Position numbers and translations under genes: made by a program
Notes under the pieces: generated by a model
The model's database searches: none
Seen by the model: the letters and a program-made list of their open reading frames with translations, nothing else
Told to the model about the DNA's origin: nothing
Assembly: GCA_035541415.1 (NCBI GenBank)
Contig: DATKNI010000021.1
Location: 708 to 64,707, forward strand
DNA: 64,000 bases
Origin: Minisyncoccota bacterium
Lineage (GTDB): Bacteria; Patescibacteriota; Minisyncoccia; UBA6257; 2-01-FULL-56-20
Direction of reading: 5' to 3'
Shown: positions 29,017 to 37,256 of the stretch, piece after piece
How the letters are laid out: every line of letters starts with the position of its first letter
How positions within the stretch are numbered: position 1 is the stretch's first letter

Positions 29017-30960
29017 ATGCCTCGCCGCGCACGAAAATACGACAACCTCGCTTTCGAAGATTCGATAAGCGACGACTGGGGCCACGACCTCACGATGGTC
29101 GAGGTTCCGCTCGGCAACAAGCCGCTGTGGATTCTCGGCGTCGTGGTTGCCGCCGTGAGCCTCGTCATCATCGGCCGCGTGATTTTTTTGAATGCTTCAA
29201 ACCGCTATTATGCGGCCCGCGCCGCGGCGAACGTCGCGCAATCCAATGAAACGCCGGCGCCGCGCGGCATCATCTATGACCGCGAAGGCGCGCCGCTCGT
29301 TGCGAACCAAGCCGTTTTCGCGGCATACTTCGACCCGCACGCGTTTATCGCAAACCAAGCCGCTCAGTCGGGGACCGTGCAAGCGGTTCAGTCCATCTTC
29401 GGCGTATCGTCCGACACGCTGTGGTCGATGATCCATGAAAGCGAAAACCAAGATTTTGCCACCCCCATCGTCCTTTCGGACAACCTCACCCAGAACCAGC
29501 TCGTCAATGTCCAGGCGGTGAATATCAATTTCCCGGCAATCAAGCTGAGGAGCGATTTCAAGCGGACGTATCCGAACGGGCCGATTTTCTCGTCGGTCGT
29601 CGGCTACATCGGCCACGTGACGCAAACCGACCTTCAGAATAATCAAAATCTTACCGCCCAAGATTTCGTCGGGAAAGCGGGCGTCGAAAAAGAATACGAC
29701 AGCACGCTCGAAGGCGTTCCCGGCGTGAACGTGCAATTCAAAAATGCGCAGGGGCAGGTGCTCCGCACCGAACAGCAATCAAATGCGGAAATCGGGCAGT
29801 CGGTTACGCTTACGATCGATGGAGGGTTGCAGAGCGTGCTGTACGCGCGTCTTGCGAGCGGCCTTCGCTCGCTCGGCCGGCACGTTGGCCTCGGCCTCGC
29901 CATTGATCCGCAGAACGGGCAAGTGCTCGCGCTCGTCAATCTTCCGGGATACGACAACAATGTTTTTTCAAACGCAGCATCGAACACGCTCGCGATCAAA
30001 GGCCTGCTCACGTCTTCCGATCGGCCGCTTTTCGACCGCGTCGTTTCTGGCAATTACAACCCCGGTTCAACGATCAAACCGCTCGACGGCGTCGCCATCA
30101 TCAAAGACGGCATCGTTGATCCGTCGCGGCAGATCTTCTCGAACGGTTTCCTCATGGTGCCGAACCCCTACAACTCATCGACGCCCACAAAATATGCCGA
30201 TTGGCGCTACCAGGGGAATGTGAATCTCGCATCCGCGCTCGCGCAGTCGTCCGACGTTTATTTTTACGTAACGGTTGGCGGCTCGCCGGTTTCGACGCCG
30301 ATGCTGAACGACCCGAGCGACTATGGCATCACGGGGCTCGGCATCACCGCGCTCAATGCCTGGTGGCAGAAGTTCGGACTTGGCAAAGAAACCGGGATCG
30401 ATCTTCCCGGCGAAGCGGATGGATTTTTGCCGACGCCGCAATGGAAGCAGGAGAAGTTGGGAACGCCGTGGCTCCTTGGCGACACGTACAACGTCGCGAT
30501 CGGCCAGGGCGATTTGCTCGTCACGCCGCTCCAGCTTTTGAGCTACATCGGCGCCATTGCGAACGGCGGAACGCTCTACCGGCCGTACGTAAACGCGAGC
30601 TCCACGCCGGCCGTGAACGGCGACCTCACGGCGCTTCTGCCGGAGATCAGGGACGTGCAGGAGGGCATGGCGCTTGGGGTAACTTCGCCGCTCGGCACGG
30701 CGTATACTTTGCATGACCTGCCGTTTTCCATCTGCGCCAAAACCGGCAGCGCGCAGGTGCACGACAACTCGCAGGAAAACGCTTTGTTCGTAGGCTACGC
30801 CCCATGCAATAATCCGCGCATTGCCTTGCTCATCCTCATCGAAAATTCAAAACAAGGGAGTCTGAACGCAGTCCCTATCGCCAGGGATGTTTTGAATTGG
30901 TATTATCAGAATAGATTGGCGCCGAACGCAGGATTGGGCGCCACGACGACCACGCCATGA
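29017..30960 (+). CDS. mrdA: penicillin-binding protein 2 (elongasome D,D-transpeptidase)
   Basis: N-terminal TM, PBP dimerisation domain, and transpeptidase motifs STIKP (SxxK), SNG and KTGSAQV (KTG). Confidence 0.9.
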   Translation: MPRRARKYDNLAFEDSISDDWGHDLTMVEVPLGNKPLWILGVVVAAVSLVIIGRVIFLNASNRYYAARAAANVAQSNETPAPRGIIYDREGAPLVANQAVFAAYFDPHAFIANQAAQSGTVQAVQSIFGVSSDTLWSMIHESENQDFATPIVLSDNLTQNQLVNVQAVNINFPAIKLRSDFKRTYPNGPIFSSVVGYIGHVTQTDLQNNQNLTAQDFVGKAGVEKEYDSTLEGVPGVNVQFKNAQGQVLRTEQQSNAEIGQSVTLTIDGGLQSVLYARLASGLRSLGRHVGLGLAIDPQNGQVLALVNLPGYDNNVFSNAASNTLAIKGLLTSSDRPLFDRVVSGNYNPGSTIKPLDGVAIIKDGIVDPSRQIFSNGFLMVPNPYNSSTPTKYADWRYQGNVNLASALAQSSDVYFYVTVGGSPVSTPMLNDPSDYGITGLGITALNAWWQKFGLGKETGIDLPGEADGFLPTPQWKQEKLGTPWLLGDTYNVAIGQGDLLVTPLQLLSYIGAIANGGTLYRPYVNASSTPAVNGDLTALLPEIRDVQEGMALGVTSPLGTAYTLHDLPFSICAKTGSAQVHDNSQENALFVGYAPCNNPRIALLILIENSKQGSLNAVPIARDVLNWYYQNRLAPNAGLGATTTTP

Positions 30961-31970
30961 GTGAACTACGACAAGACATTATTTCAGGGGATTGGGTGAT
31001 CCTCGCCCCGGGGCGCGCCGCTCGCCCGAAATTTTTGGACGAAAAGAAAAAAGCGCGCACGCCGTCGCCCAAGGCCGCGTGCCCTTTTGAAAACCTTGAG
31101 AAATCCGGCAACTGGCCGCCGATTTTGGTATATCCGGGCAAAGACCTTTTGAATAATAAATGGAAGATCGCGGTGATCCGCAACAAATATCCGGCGCTCA
31201 TGCCGAGCAACGTGTGCTCCACGCCGACCGAACACGGCATGTACCACGGCATGACGGGCATCGGCGCGCACAACCTCATCATCACGCACGACCATTATAA
31301 AAACTTCGCGGATCTTGAGCCCGCGATGGCGGCAAAGCTCCTCGAGACCATTCAGACGTGCCACATGCTCGCGGCGGAAGACCGGTGCGCCGAATATGTT
31401 TCATCGTTTTTCAACTGGGGTCCTGGTTCCGGCGCATCAATCTGGCACCCGCATTATCAGGTGCTCGTTTTGCCGATGGTTCCTGCGCATACCGTCCATT
31501 CGCTCCGCGGCGCACACCGCTACTTCGAAAAGCATAAACGCTGCGTGCGGTGCGATATGATCAAGAGCGAGAAGAAGGAAAAGACGCGCATCATCGAGGA
31601 GAACAAATATGCCATCGCGTTCGCGCCCTATGCGTCCAAGCATCCGCTCGAAGTCGCGATCCTGCCCAAGAAGCACGAATCTTCGTTCCGCGGCGCCTCG
31701 AAGGCGGTCATTGCCGGAACGGCTGAACTTCTGCAATCCGTGATGAAGCGCATCAAAAAATATGCGAATGACCCCGATTTGAATTTCTTCGTGCATGACG
31801 CCCCGCTCACCCACGGCAACTACCGCCACCGAGACTACCGATACCATCACTGGCACATTGAAGTGATCCCGAAGATTTCGACGGCCGCCGGATTCGAGCT
31901 TTCCACGTGGATCGACATCAATACGGTTGACCCGGACCATGCCGCAGCAATTCTCCGCGGCAAGAAATAA
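30957..31970 (+). CDS. GalT-like HIT-superfamily nucleotidyltransferase (galactose-1-phosphate uridylyltransferase / ADP-glucose phosphorylase-like)
   Basis: CPFE...WHPHYQVLVLP resembles the GalT His-Pro-His catalytic motif. A second half-domain carries HHWHIEV. The start overlaps the mrdA stop by 4 nt. Confidence 0.65.
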   Translation: MSELRQDIISGDWVILAPGRAARPKFLDEKKKARTPSPKAACPFENLEKSGNWPPILVYPGKDLLNNKWKIAVIRNKYPALMPSNVCSTPTEHGMYHGMTGIGAHNLIITHDHYKNFADLEPAMAAKLLETIQTCHMLAAEDRCAEYVSSFFNWGPGSGASIWHPHYQVLVLPMVPAHTVHSLRGAHRYFEKHKRCVRCDMIKSEKKEKTRIIEENKYAIAFAPYASKHPLEVAILPKKHESSFRGASKAVIAGTAELLQSVMKRIKKYANDPDLNFFVHDAPLTHGNYRHRDYRYHHWHIEVIPKISTAAGFELSTWIDINTVDPDHAAAILRGKK

Positions 31971-31973
31971 GAC

Positions 31974-32315
31974 ATGAAAAATATATTAAAACATCGGACG
32001 GTGAGCGCGATTTTCTTGCTTGCCCTGCTTTTTGCGCTCGGCGGCGGCTTGTGGGCCTATTTTTCGCTCTCTGCCCTTGGCACGGGGCCTTTCATTTTGC
32101 ATTTCAATGACATGTTCGGCATAACGTCGGTCGGTGATATCCAGCCGATCGCCGCGATGGCGGTTCTCGGCGTCGTTGTCGTCGTTATGAACTTCTTTAT
32201 TGCGCTCGAACTTGAGGACCGGGATGGTTTCTTGGGCAAAATCGCCGCCATGGGGACCCTCGTTTTCGCCGTCTTGCTTTTTGTGGCGTTTGCGGCTATT
32301 ATTAACGTCAATTGA
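31974..32315 (+). CDS. hypothetical small membrane protein
   Basis: Three hydrophobic segments. Tightly packed between the galT-like gene and rplU. Confidence 0.45.
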   Translation: MKNILKHRTVSAIFLLALLFALGGGLWAYFSLSALGTGPFILHFNDMFGITSVGDIQPIAAMAVLGVVVVVMNFFIALELEDRDGFLGKIAAMGTLVFAVLLFVAFAAIINVN

Positions 32316-32318
32316 CCT

Positions 32319-32621
32319 ATGGCAGATTTCGCAATCATCCAGACGGGCGGCAAGCAATACAAGGTTGTCGCCGGCCAAAAATTGAAGGTTGAAAAGCTCG
32401 ACCCGAAAGGGGATACGGCTTCTTTCGACGTCTTGCTCCGCGTGACGGGAGACAAGGTTGAGATCGGCGCCCCGAAGCTTTCGGCTTCGGCGCAAGGACG
32501 CCTGGTCCGCGCGGTCCGTGGGGAGAAAAAGATCATCTTCAAATACCATTCCAAGACGCGGTTTCGCAAAAAGAAAGGGCATCGGCAGGATTACACCGAA
32601 ATCGAAATCGTAAAAATATAA
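32319..32621 (+). CDS. rplU: 50S ribosomal protein L21
   Basis: MADFAIIQTGGKQYKVVAGQKLKVEKL...GEKKIIFKYHSKTRFRKKKGHRQDYTEIEI. Confidence 0.9.
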   Translation: MADFAIIQTGGKQYKVVAGQKLKVEKLDPKGDTASFDVLLRVTGDKVEIGAPKLSASAQGRLVRAVRGEKKIIFKYHSKTRFRKKKGHRQDYTEIEIVKI

Positions 32622-32622
32622 A

Positions 32623-32648
32623 CAGCTCCGCAAGGAGCTGTTCCCGTT
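32623..32648 (+). terminator. hairpin with GNRA loop after rplU (weak U-tract)
   Basis: CAGCTCC-gcaa-GGAGCTG followed by TTCCCGTTG. Confidence 0.4.
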
Positions 32649-32705
32649 GCAAGACGCTTTGCGGCGGCCTATAGTAAATAGAGAAATTCCCCACGGAGGT
32701 ATGCT

Positions 32706-32996
32706 GTGGATCACATTCGCTTTTTGATTCGCGAAGGCGTCAGTGCCGAAAGACTTCAGAACCTGCTTGAAATATTGAGCAGCCACGATGACATTGCGGC
32801 GGCGAGACGCACGTTCCCAGAAGCTACCGACGGCAACAAGCTTCGGGATTGCTTTGCCTGTCTCGAAGATGACCGCGACCACGAAGCTGTAATGCAACAT
32901 CTCCGATCGATTCCCGAAATCGAGGATACGGAATACCGTCCCGACCGGGCGATCGACGGTAATCGATGGCGGCTCCTCATGGGCATGGATACATGA
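32706..32996 (+). CDS. hypothetical acidic protein (GTG start)
   Basis: GGAGG lies 6 nt upstream of the GTG start. No family recognised. Third-position GC is moderate. Confidence 0.35.
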   Translation: MDHIRFLIREGVSAERLQNLLEILSSHDDIAAARRTFPEATDGNKLRDCFACLEDDRDHEAVMQHLRSIPEIEDTEYRPDRAIDGNRWRLLMGMDT

Positions 32997-33080
32997 CCAT
33001 GGAGCGAGATCGAGAATCAGCCGCCGGCCTTCTGCCGGCGGCTTTTTTATGCGCGCCTCCAATAATGGTAAAATCTCTTT

Positions 33081-33857
33081 ATGAGAAAAATATTGGCGGC
33101 AAATTGGAAAGAAAATCCAAAATCGGAACGGAAGGCGCTCGAACTTTTCAGGAGGACAAGCCATGGCGCGAACGGAAAGCGGGTATCGCTCATGTTCTGC
33201 CCGCCGTTCCTTTTTCTTGAAATGGTCGCCGGCGCCTTCAAGAAGCTCAAATTCAAAAAGAATATTTCGCTCGGCGCGCAAGACGTCTTTTGGGAAGAAG
33301 CCGGACCATATACCGGCGAGGTCGGTCCGCAGATGCTCAAGTCGCTCGGCGTTCGCCACTCGATCGTCGGCCATTCGGAGCGGAGGATATGGCTTCATGA
33401 AACGGATGCCATGATCAATAAGAAAATAAAAACGGCGCACCGCGACGGCATCGGAATCATCCTGTGCGTCGGCGAATCGCTTGCCATCCGCAAAAAGGGA
33501 AGCGCGGCCGCAAAGGCATTCATTAAATTGCAATTAAAAAAAGATCTTGCCGGGATTCCCGGAAAATCATTCAAAAAAGGTTCGCTCATCGTGGCGTATG
33601 AGCCGATATGGGCCATCGGGACCGGCCGTTCGGCGAAACCTCGCGATGCGGCAGACGTTATATCATCCATAAAGAAAGAGTTGGATGCGTTGGGCGTGAA
33701 GGGCGCTCCGGTGCTCTATGGGGGATCGGTCAATGCGAACAACGTTGCCGATTTTGTACAATTAGATGAGATTGACGGCGCCTTGGTTGGTGGTGCGAGT
33801 CTAAAGGCCGATGAGTTCAAAAAAATGATCACTGCGGTTGCAAAAGTTTCGAAATAA
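33081..33857 (+). CDS. tpiA: triosephosphate isomerase
   Basis: AANWKEN, IVGHSERR and YEPIWAIGTG motifs. Confidence 0.9.
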   Translation: MRKILAANWKENPKSERKALELFRRTSHGANGKRVSLMFCPPFLFLEMVAGAFKKLKFKKNISLGAQDVFWEEAGPYTGEVGPQMLKSLGVRHSIVGHSERRIWLHETDAMINKKIKTAHRDGIGIILCVGESLAIRKKGSAAAKAFIKLQLKKDLAGIPGKSFKKGSLIVAYEPIWAIGTGRSAKPRDAADVISSIKKELDALGVKGAPVLYGGSVNANNVADFVQLDEIDGALVGGASLKADEFKKMITAVAKVSK

Positions 33858-33873
33858 ATTAATCACTACACGA

Positions 33874-34629
33874 ATGGATAAAGGAAAATTATATTTTTGG
33901 ATTTTGTTGGATATCGTTCTCGTGCTCATCATTGTTGGTGCGGTATTTTTCGGCGCTCCGGCGCTTATGGCTATGAAAGCTTCGTATCCGCCGGCGCGGG
34001 TGATCACCGTAAGCGCGCAGGGCAAGACGTCGGCGACTCCGGATCTCGCGGAAATTTCTTTCTCGGTGGTTACCCAGGGAACCAATCCCGATACGCTTAC
34101 GCAAAATAATGTTGAAAAGATGAATGCCGTCCTCCAGTTCGTAAAGTCGGAGGGCATTTCGGCGAGCGACACCGCGACAACGGGATACGATCTTGAGCCC
34201 ACCTATCAATACGACAAAAATTACAACCGCCAGTACATCATCGGCTATCAGTTGACGCAAACGGTGACGCTCAAAATCCACGACTTCACGAAGGTGGCCC
34301 CGGTCTTGGGCGGTCTCGCGCCGCTCGGCGTGAACCAGATCGGCGGCGTGAACTTTACGTTCAACGACCAGGATTCCTTGATCGGACCGGCCCGCGACCA
34401 GGCTATCGCAAAAGCAAAAACGAAGGCGCAGGAAATGGCGGCCGCTTCGGGCGCCACGCTCGGCCCCGTCGTGAACATTGCGGAAAGCGGAGTAATTCCG
34501 CCGCCGTACTACGATAAGCTCGCGTACGGCATGGGGAGCGCTTTGGCGGCTAACGTTCCAACCCCGAATATCCAGCCCGGCACGCAGGACATTACTGACA
34601 CGGTGACAATCACGTACGCACTGCAATAA
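33874..34629 (+). CDS. SIMPL-domain (DUF541, BP26/OMP28-like) protein with N-terminal TM anchor
   Basis: ITVSAQGKTSATPDLAEISFSVVTQGTNPDTLTQNNVEKMNAVLQFVKSEGISASD matches the SIMPL consensus architecture. Confidence 0.65.
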   Translation: MDKGKLYFWILLDIVLVLIIVGAVFFGAPALMAMKASYPPARVITVSAQGKTSATPDLAEISFSVVTQGTNPDTLTQNNVEKMNAVLQFVKSEGISASDTATTGYDLEPTYQYDKNYNRQYIIGYQLTQTVTLKIHDFTKVAPVLGGLAPLGVNQIGGVNFTFNDQDSLIGPARDQAIAKAKTKAQEMAAASGATLGPVVNIAESGVIPPPYYDKLAYGMGSALAANVPTPNIQPGTQDITDTVTITYALQ

Positions 34630-34638
34630 ATCATCGCC

Positions 34639-35265
34639 ATGAACCGAAAAGATTGGACAGCGATCCTCATCATTGGCGGCGGCGTCGGCTTGCTCATCCA
34701 GCCGATCCTCGCCAACAACATCCCGGCGCAATATCTGCCGTATCTCACGGCGCCCGCGCGCATCGGCATCTTTGTTTTCTTCCTGCTCTTTGCGCCGCTT
34801 GCGCTCGCGATAGCGCGGGCCGTGAGCCGTTGGATAAAAAGCTTATACCAATTCGCCGAGTTTGCAGCGGTGGGGACCCTGAACAGCTTTATCGACGTCG
34901 GCGTTCTCAATCTGGAAACGTTTTTCTACGGCGGCGTTGTCGGCACCGCGCTCTTCGCCGCATTCAAAGCGGTCTCATTCCTCTGCGCGACGACAAACAG
35001 TTTCCTTTGGAACAAATATTGGACGTTCAATTCCACGGAGAAGGCGACCGCCGGACAAGTGGGCGGATTTTATAGCATAGCGATCGTCGGCTGGGTGCTG
35101 AACGTCGGCGCGGCAACGTTCGTGAAAGCGATCGGTCCAGCCGACTCGCATGTGTGGGTGAATATCGTCGCTCCGGTTGCCGGCATCGCTGTTTCTTTTG
35201 CGTGGAACTTTATCGGTTACAAATATTGGGTTTTCAAGAAGAAGGAAACACTCCCGGCCGCCTAG
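34639..35265 (+). CDS. GtrA-family membrane protein (polysaccharide-synthesis associated)
   Basis: QFAEFAAVGTLNSFIDVGVLNL...NKYWTF...NFIGYKYWVFK are GtrA-like motifs. Four TM segments. Confidence 0.6.
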   Translation: MNRKDWTAILIIGGGVGLLIQPILANNIPAQYLPYLTAPARIGIFVFFLLFAPLALAIARAVSRWIKSLYQFAEFAAVGTLNSFIDVGVLNLETFFYGGVVGTALFAAFKAVSFLCATTNSFLWNKYWTFNSTEKATAGQVGGFYSIAIVGWVLNVGAATFVKAIGPADSHVWVNIVAPVAGIAVSFAWNFIGYKYWVFKKKETLPAA

Positions 35266-35572
35266 GTCGTTCGGCGCTTGCAATTTTCCGAAAGCCCTGC
35301 TATAATAGGTTACGAATGAGTGTGAGTGTGCTTATTTATTAAAGAACACATTCCCTCCGTTCTATTTGACCAAAGAGGCCCCTCACGGGGCTTTTTTGGT
35401 TGCATTTTTCGGTTTTTGTACAACTCGCCTGCATAAAAATCTGGTATACTACTCATGGAGCAGCTGGAGAGCACTCGTTCAATATCAAATAGAACCGGAG
35501 GTCACCACAGCCGCTCCGCCCAGCACTTTGGGAGACGCACGAGTTTTGGGCGGAGCGGCCGTTTTTATTTCA

Positions 35573-36547
35573 ATGGGAAAAACATTCCAGGAAGGAATTC
35601 CTCTCGCAAACTACAGCCATTACAAAATCGGCGGGCCAGCCCGTTATTTTTTTAATGCAACAACGGAACAAGAAATCGCGTGGGCGATCAAAGAAGCCAA
35701 AAAGCGCCGCGTCAACGTTTTCATTTTGGGCGGCGGCACCAATCTCTTGATGAGCGACCGCGGCTTTGACGGGCTCGTGATCCGCCCCGACGTGAGGACG
35801 CTCACGGCAAAGGGGACGACGGTGCGGGTGGGCGCCGGCGTTCTCATGGCCGACCTCCTTGATTTCACCGTGAAGAAATCGCTTGCCGGATTCGAATGGG
35901 CGGGCGGATTGCCGGGGACGCTCGGCGGCGCCGTGCGCGGAAACGCCGGGTGCTTCGGCGGGGAAATCAAAGACGCCATCGTCTCGGTGCGGAGCCTCGA
36001 TACCAAAACCATGAAGATCATAAAGCGGTCGGCGAGGGCATGCCGATTTGCCTACCGCACGAGCATCTTCAAAGAAAAAAACGGGCGCGAAATTATTCTC
36101 GATGCCACGTTCAAGCTTGCAAAAGGCAATGCGCGCGCGATCGCAACGAGCATCAAGGAAAAAATCGCCTACCGCGCAAAGCACCATCCGCTGGAACATC
36201 CGAACATCGGCAGCACGTTCAAAAATATTCCTTTGCACGCGATCCATAAAAAGGGAAGCAAGGAATTTGCGGCGGCGATCGCGTCCGCAAAACTGGTCTT
36301 CCACGGCTCGGAATTTTCCGTGAAGATGGATCCGTTCCCGGTGATTTCCGCGGCGAAGCTCATCGGCGAAGCGGGCCTGCGCGGCGTGAGCTTCGGCGGC
36401 GCGATGATTTCGCCCAAGCATCCCAATTTCATCGTGAACGTCCTCGGCGCGAACGCGGAAGACGTGATGGTGCTCATCAATCTTGCGAAGACAAGAGTCG
36501 GGGAGCGATTTGGTGTAGAATTAGAAGAGGAGGTGCAGATCCTCTAG
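35573..36547 (+). CDS. murB: UDP-N-acetylenolpyruvoylglucosamine reductase
   Basis: FAD-binding YKIGGPARYFFNATTEQEIAWAIKEAKKRRVNVFILGGGTNLL and the MurB C-terminal domain. The ORF track start (35366) is over-extended; the start is placed at MGKTFQEG. Confidence 0.85.
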   Translation: MGKTFQEGIPLANYSHYKIGGPARYFFNATTEQEIAWAIKEAKKRRVNVFILGGGTNLLMSDRGFDGLVIRPDVRTLTAKGTTVRVGAGVLMADLLDFTVKKSLAGFEWAGGLPGTLGGAVRGNAGCFGGEIKDAIVSVRSLDTKTMKIIKRSARACRFAYRTSIFKEKNGREIILDATFKLAKGNARAIATSIKEKIAYRAKHHPLEHPNIGSTFKNIPLHAIHKKGSKEFAAAIASAKLVFHGSEFSVKMDPFPVISAAKLIGEAGLRGVSFGGAMISPKHPNFIVNVLGANAEDVMVLINLAKTRVGERFGVELEEEVQIL

Positions 36548-36590
36548 CAACGGCAGCCGGAATGCTCCGTACTATAAACCAACAAAAACC

Positions 36591-36926
36591 ATGAAAATCA
36601 ACATCACCAAAACAAGCGATTTGACCCCGTCCCTCATGACCTATATCGAAGACAAGCTCGGCGGCCTCGCCAAGTTCGTCAAGCATTTTGACGAAACCGG
36701 CGAAGCGGAAATCTGGCTTGAGATTTCGCGCACGACGGAGCACCACCGCAAAGGAAACGTATTCAAAGCGGCGGCCGACCTCCGGCTTCCCAAAAAAATT
36801 TTGCGCGCGGAAGAATATGCCGAAGACATTCGTGTGGCGATCGATCGCGCGCGCAATACGCTGCATCTCGAGATAGAAAAATACAAAACAAAATTGGAAA
36901 AGCCGCGCCGCGAGCAGAGAAAATAA
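36591..36926 (+). CDS. hpf: ribosome hibernation promoting factor (RaiA/HPF family)
   Basis: MKINITKTSDLTPSLMTYIEDKL...EIWLEISRTTEHHRKGNVFKAAADLRLP. Confidence 0.85.
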   Translation: MKINITKTSDLTPSLMTYIEDKLGGLAKFVKHFDETGEAEIWLEISRTTEHHRKGNVFKAAADLRLPKKILRAEEYAEDIRVAIDRARNTLHLEIEKYKTKLEKPRREQRK

Positions 36927-36953
36927 TTTTTCATCGAGCGATCGACTCGCGAG

Positions 36954-36962
36954 TTATCCACA
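36954..36962 (+). promoter_or_regulatory. consensus DnaA-box 9-mer TTATCCACA embedded in the inverted repeat CTCGCGAG...CTCGCGA
   Basis: Exact TTATCCACA(GC) match. One of four perfect copies in the window, all lying close to gene starts. Confidence 0.35.
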
Positions 36963-37092
36963 GCACTCGCGAATTTTATTTTCTATACTGAATGTATAGG
37001 TAAATTTTCGAACTGCGAGGCCACGCGCCCGGTTTGAAAAAATAATTGGGGTGGTCGGCAACCCAATCAAATCAAAAATTAAAAAAACCGTC

Positions 37093-37170
37093 ATGGCCAA
37101 GAAAAAGAAGGCTGCGAAGAAGCGCAAGACGACGAAGAAGAAAGCAAAGAAGTCGAAGCGCCGCAGATAG
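37093..37170 (+). CDS. putative tiny lysine-rich peptide (25 aa: MAKKKKAAKKRKTTKKKAKKSKRRR)
   Basis: Short ORF followed 12 nt later by a perfect 12-bp GNRA-loop terminator. No clear SD. Could alternatively belong to a small RNA. Confidence 0.3.
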   Translation: MAKKKKAAKKRKTTKKKAKKSKRRR

Positions 37171-37181
37171 CATTGACTTGA

Positions 37182-37216
37182 AAATGTCCCGGAGCAATCC
37201 GGGACATTTTGTTTTT
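37182..37216 (+). terminator. strong intrinsic terminator
   Basis: AAATGTCCCGGA-gcaa-TCCGGGACATTT hairpin followed by TGTTTTT. Confidence 0.8.
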
Positions 37217-37256
37217 GCGGCTTCTCCAAAAGCTTGGAATGCGGTATAATATGCCC

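Noticed and set aside
31986-33533. 515-aa - strand ORF spanning four + strand genes
   Set aside because: It would overlap rplU, tpiA and two other well-supported + strand genes. It is a spurious GC-rich frame.
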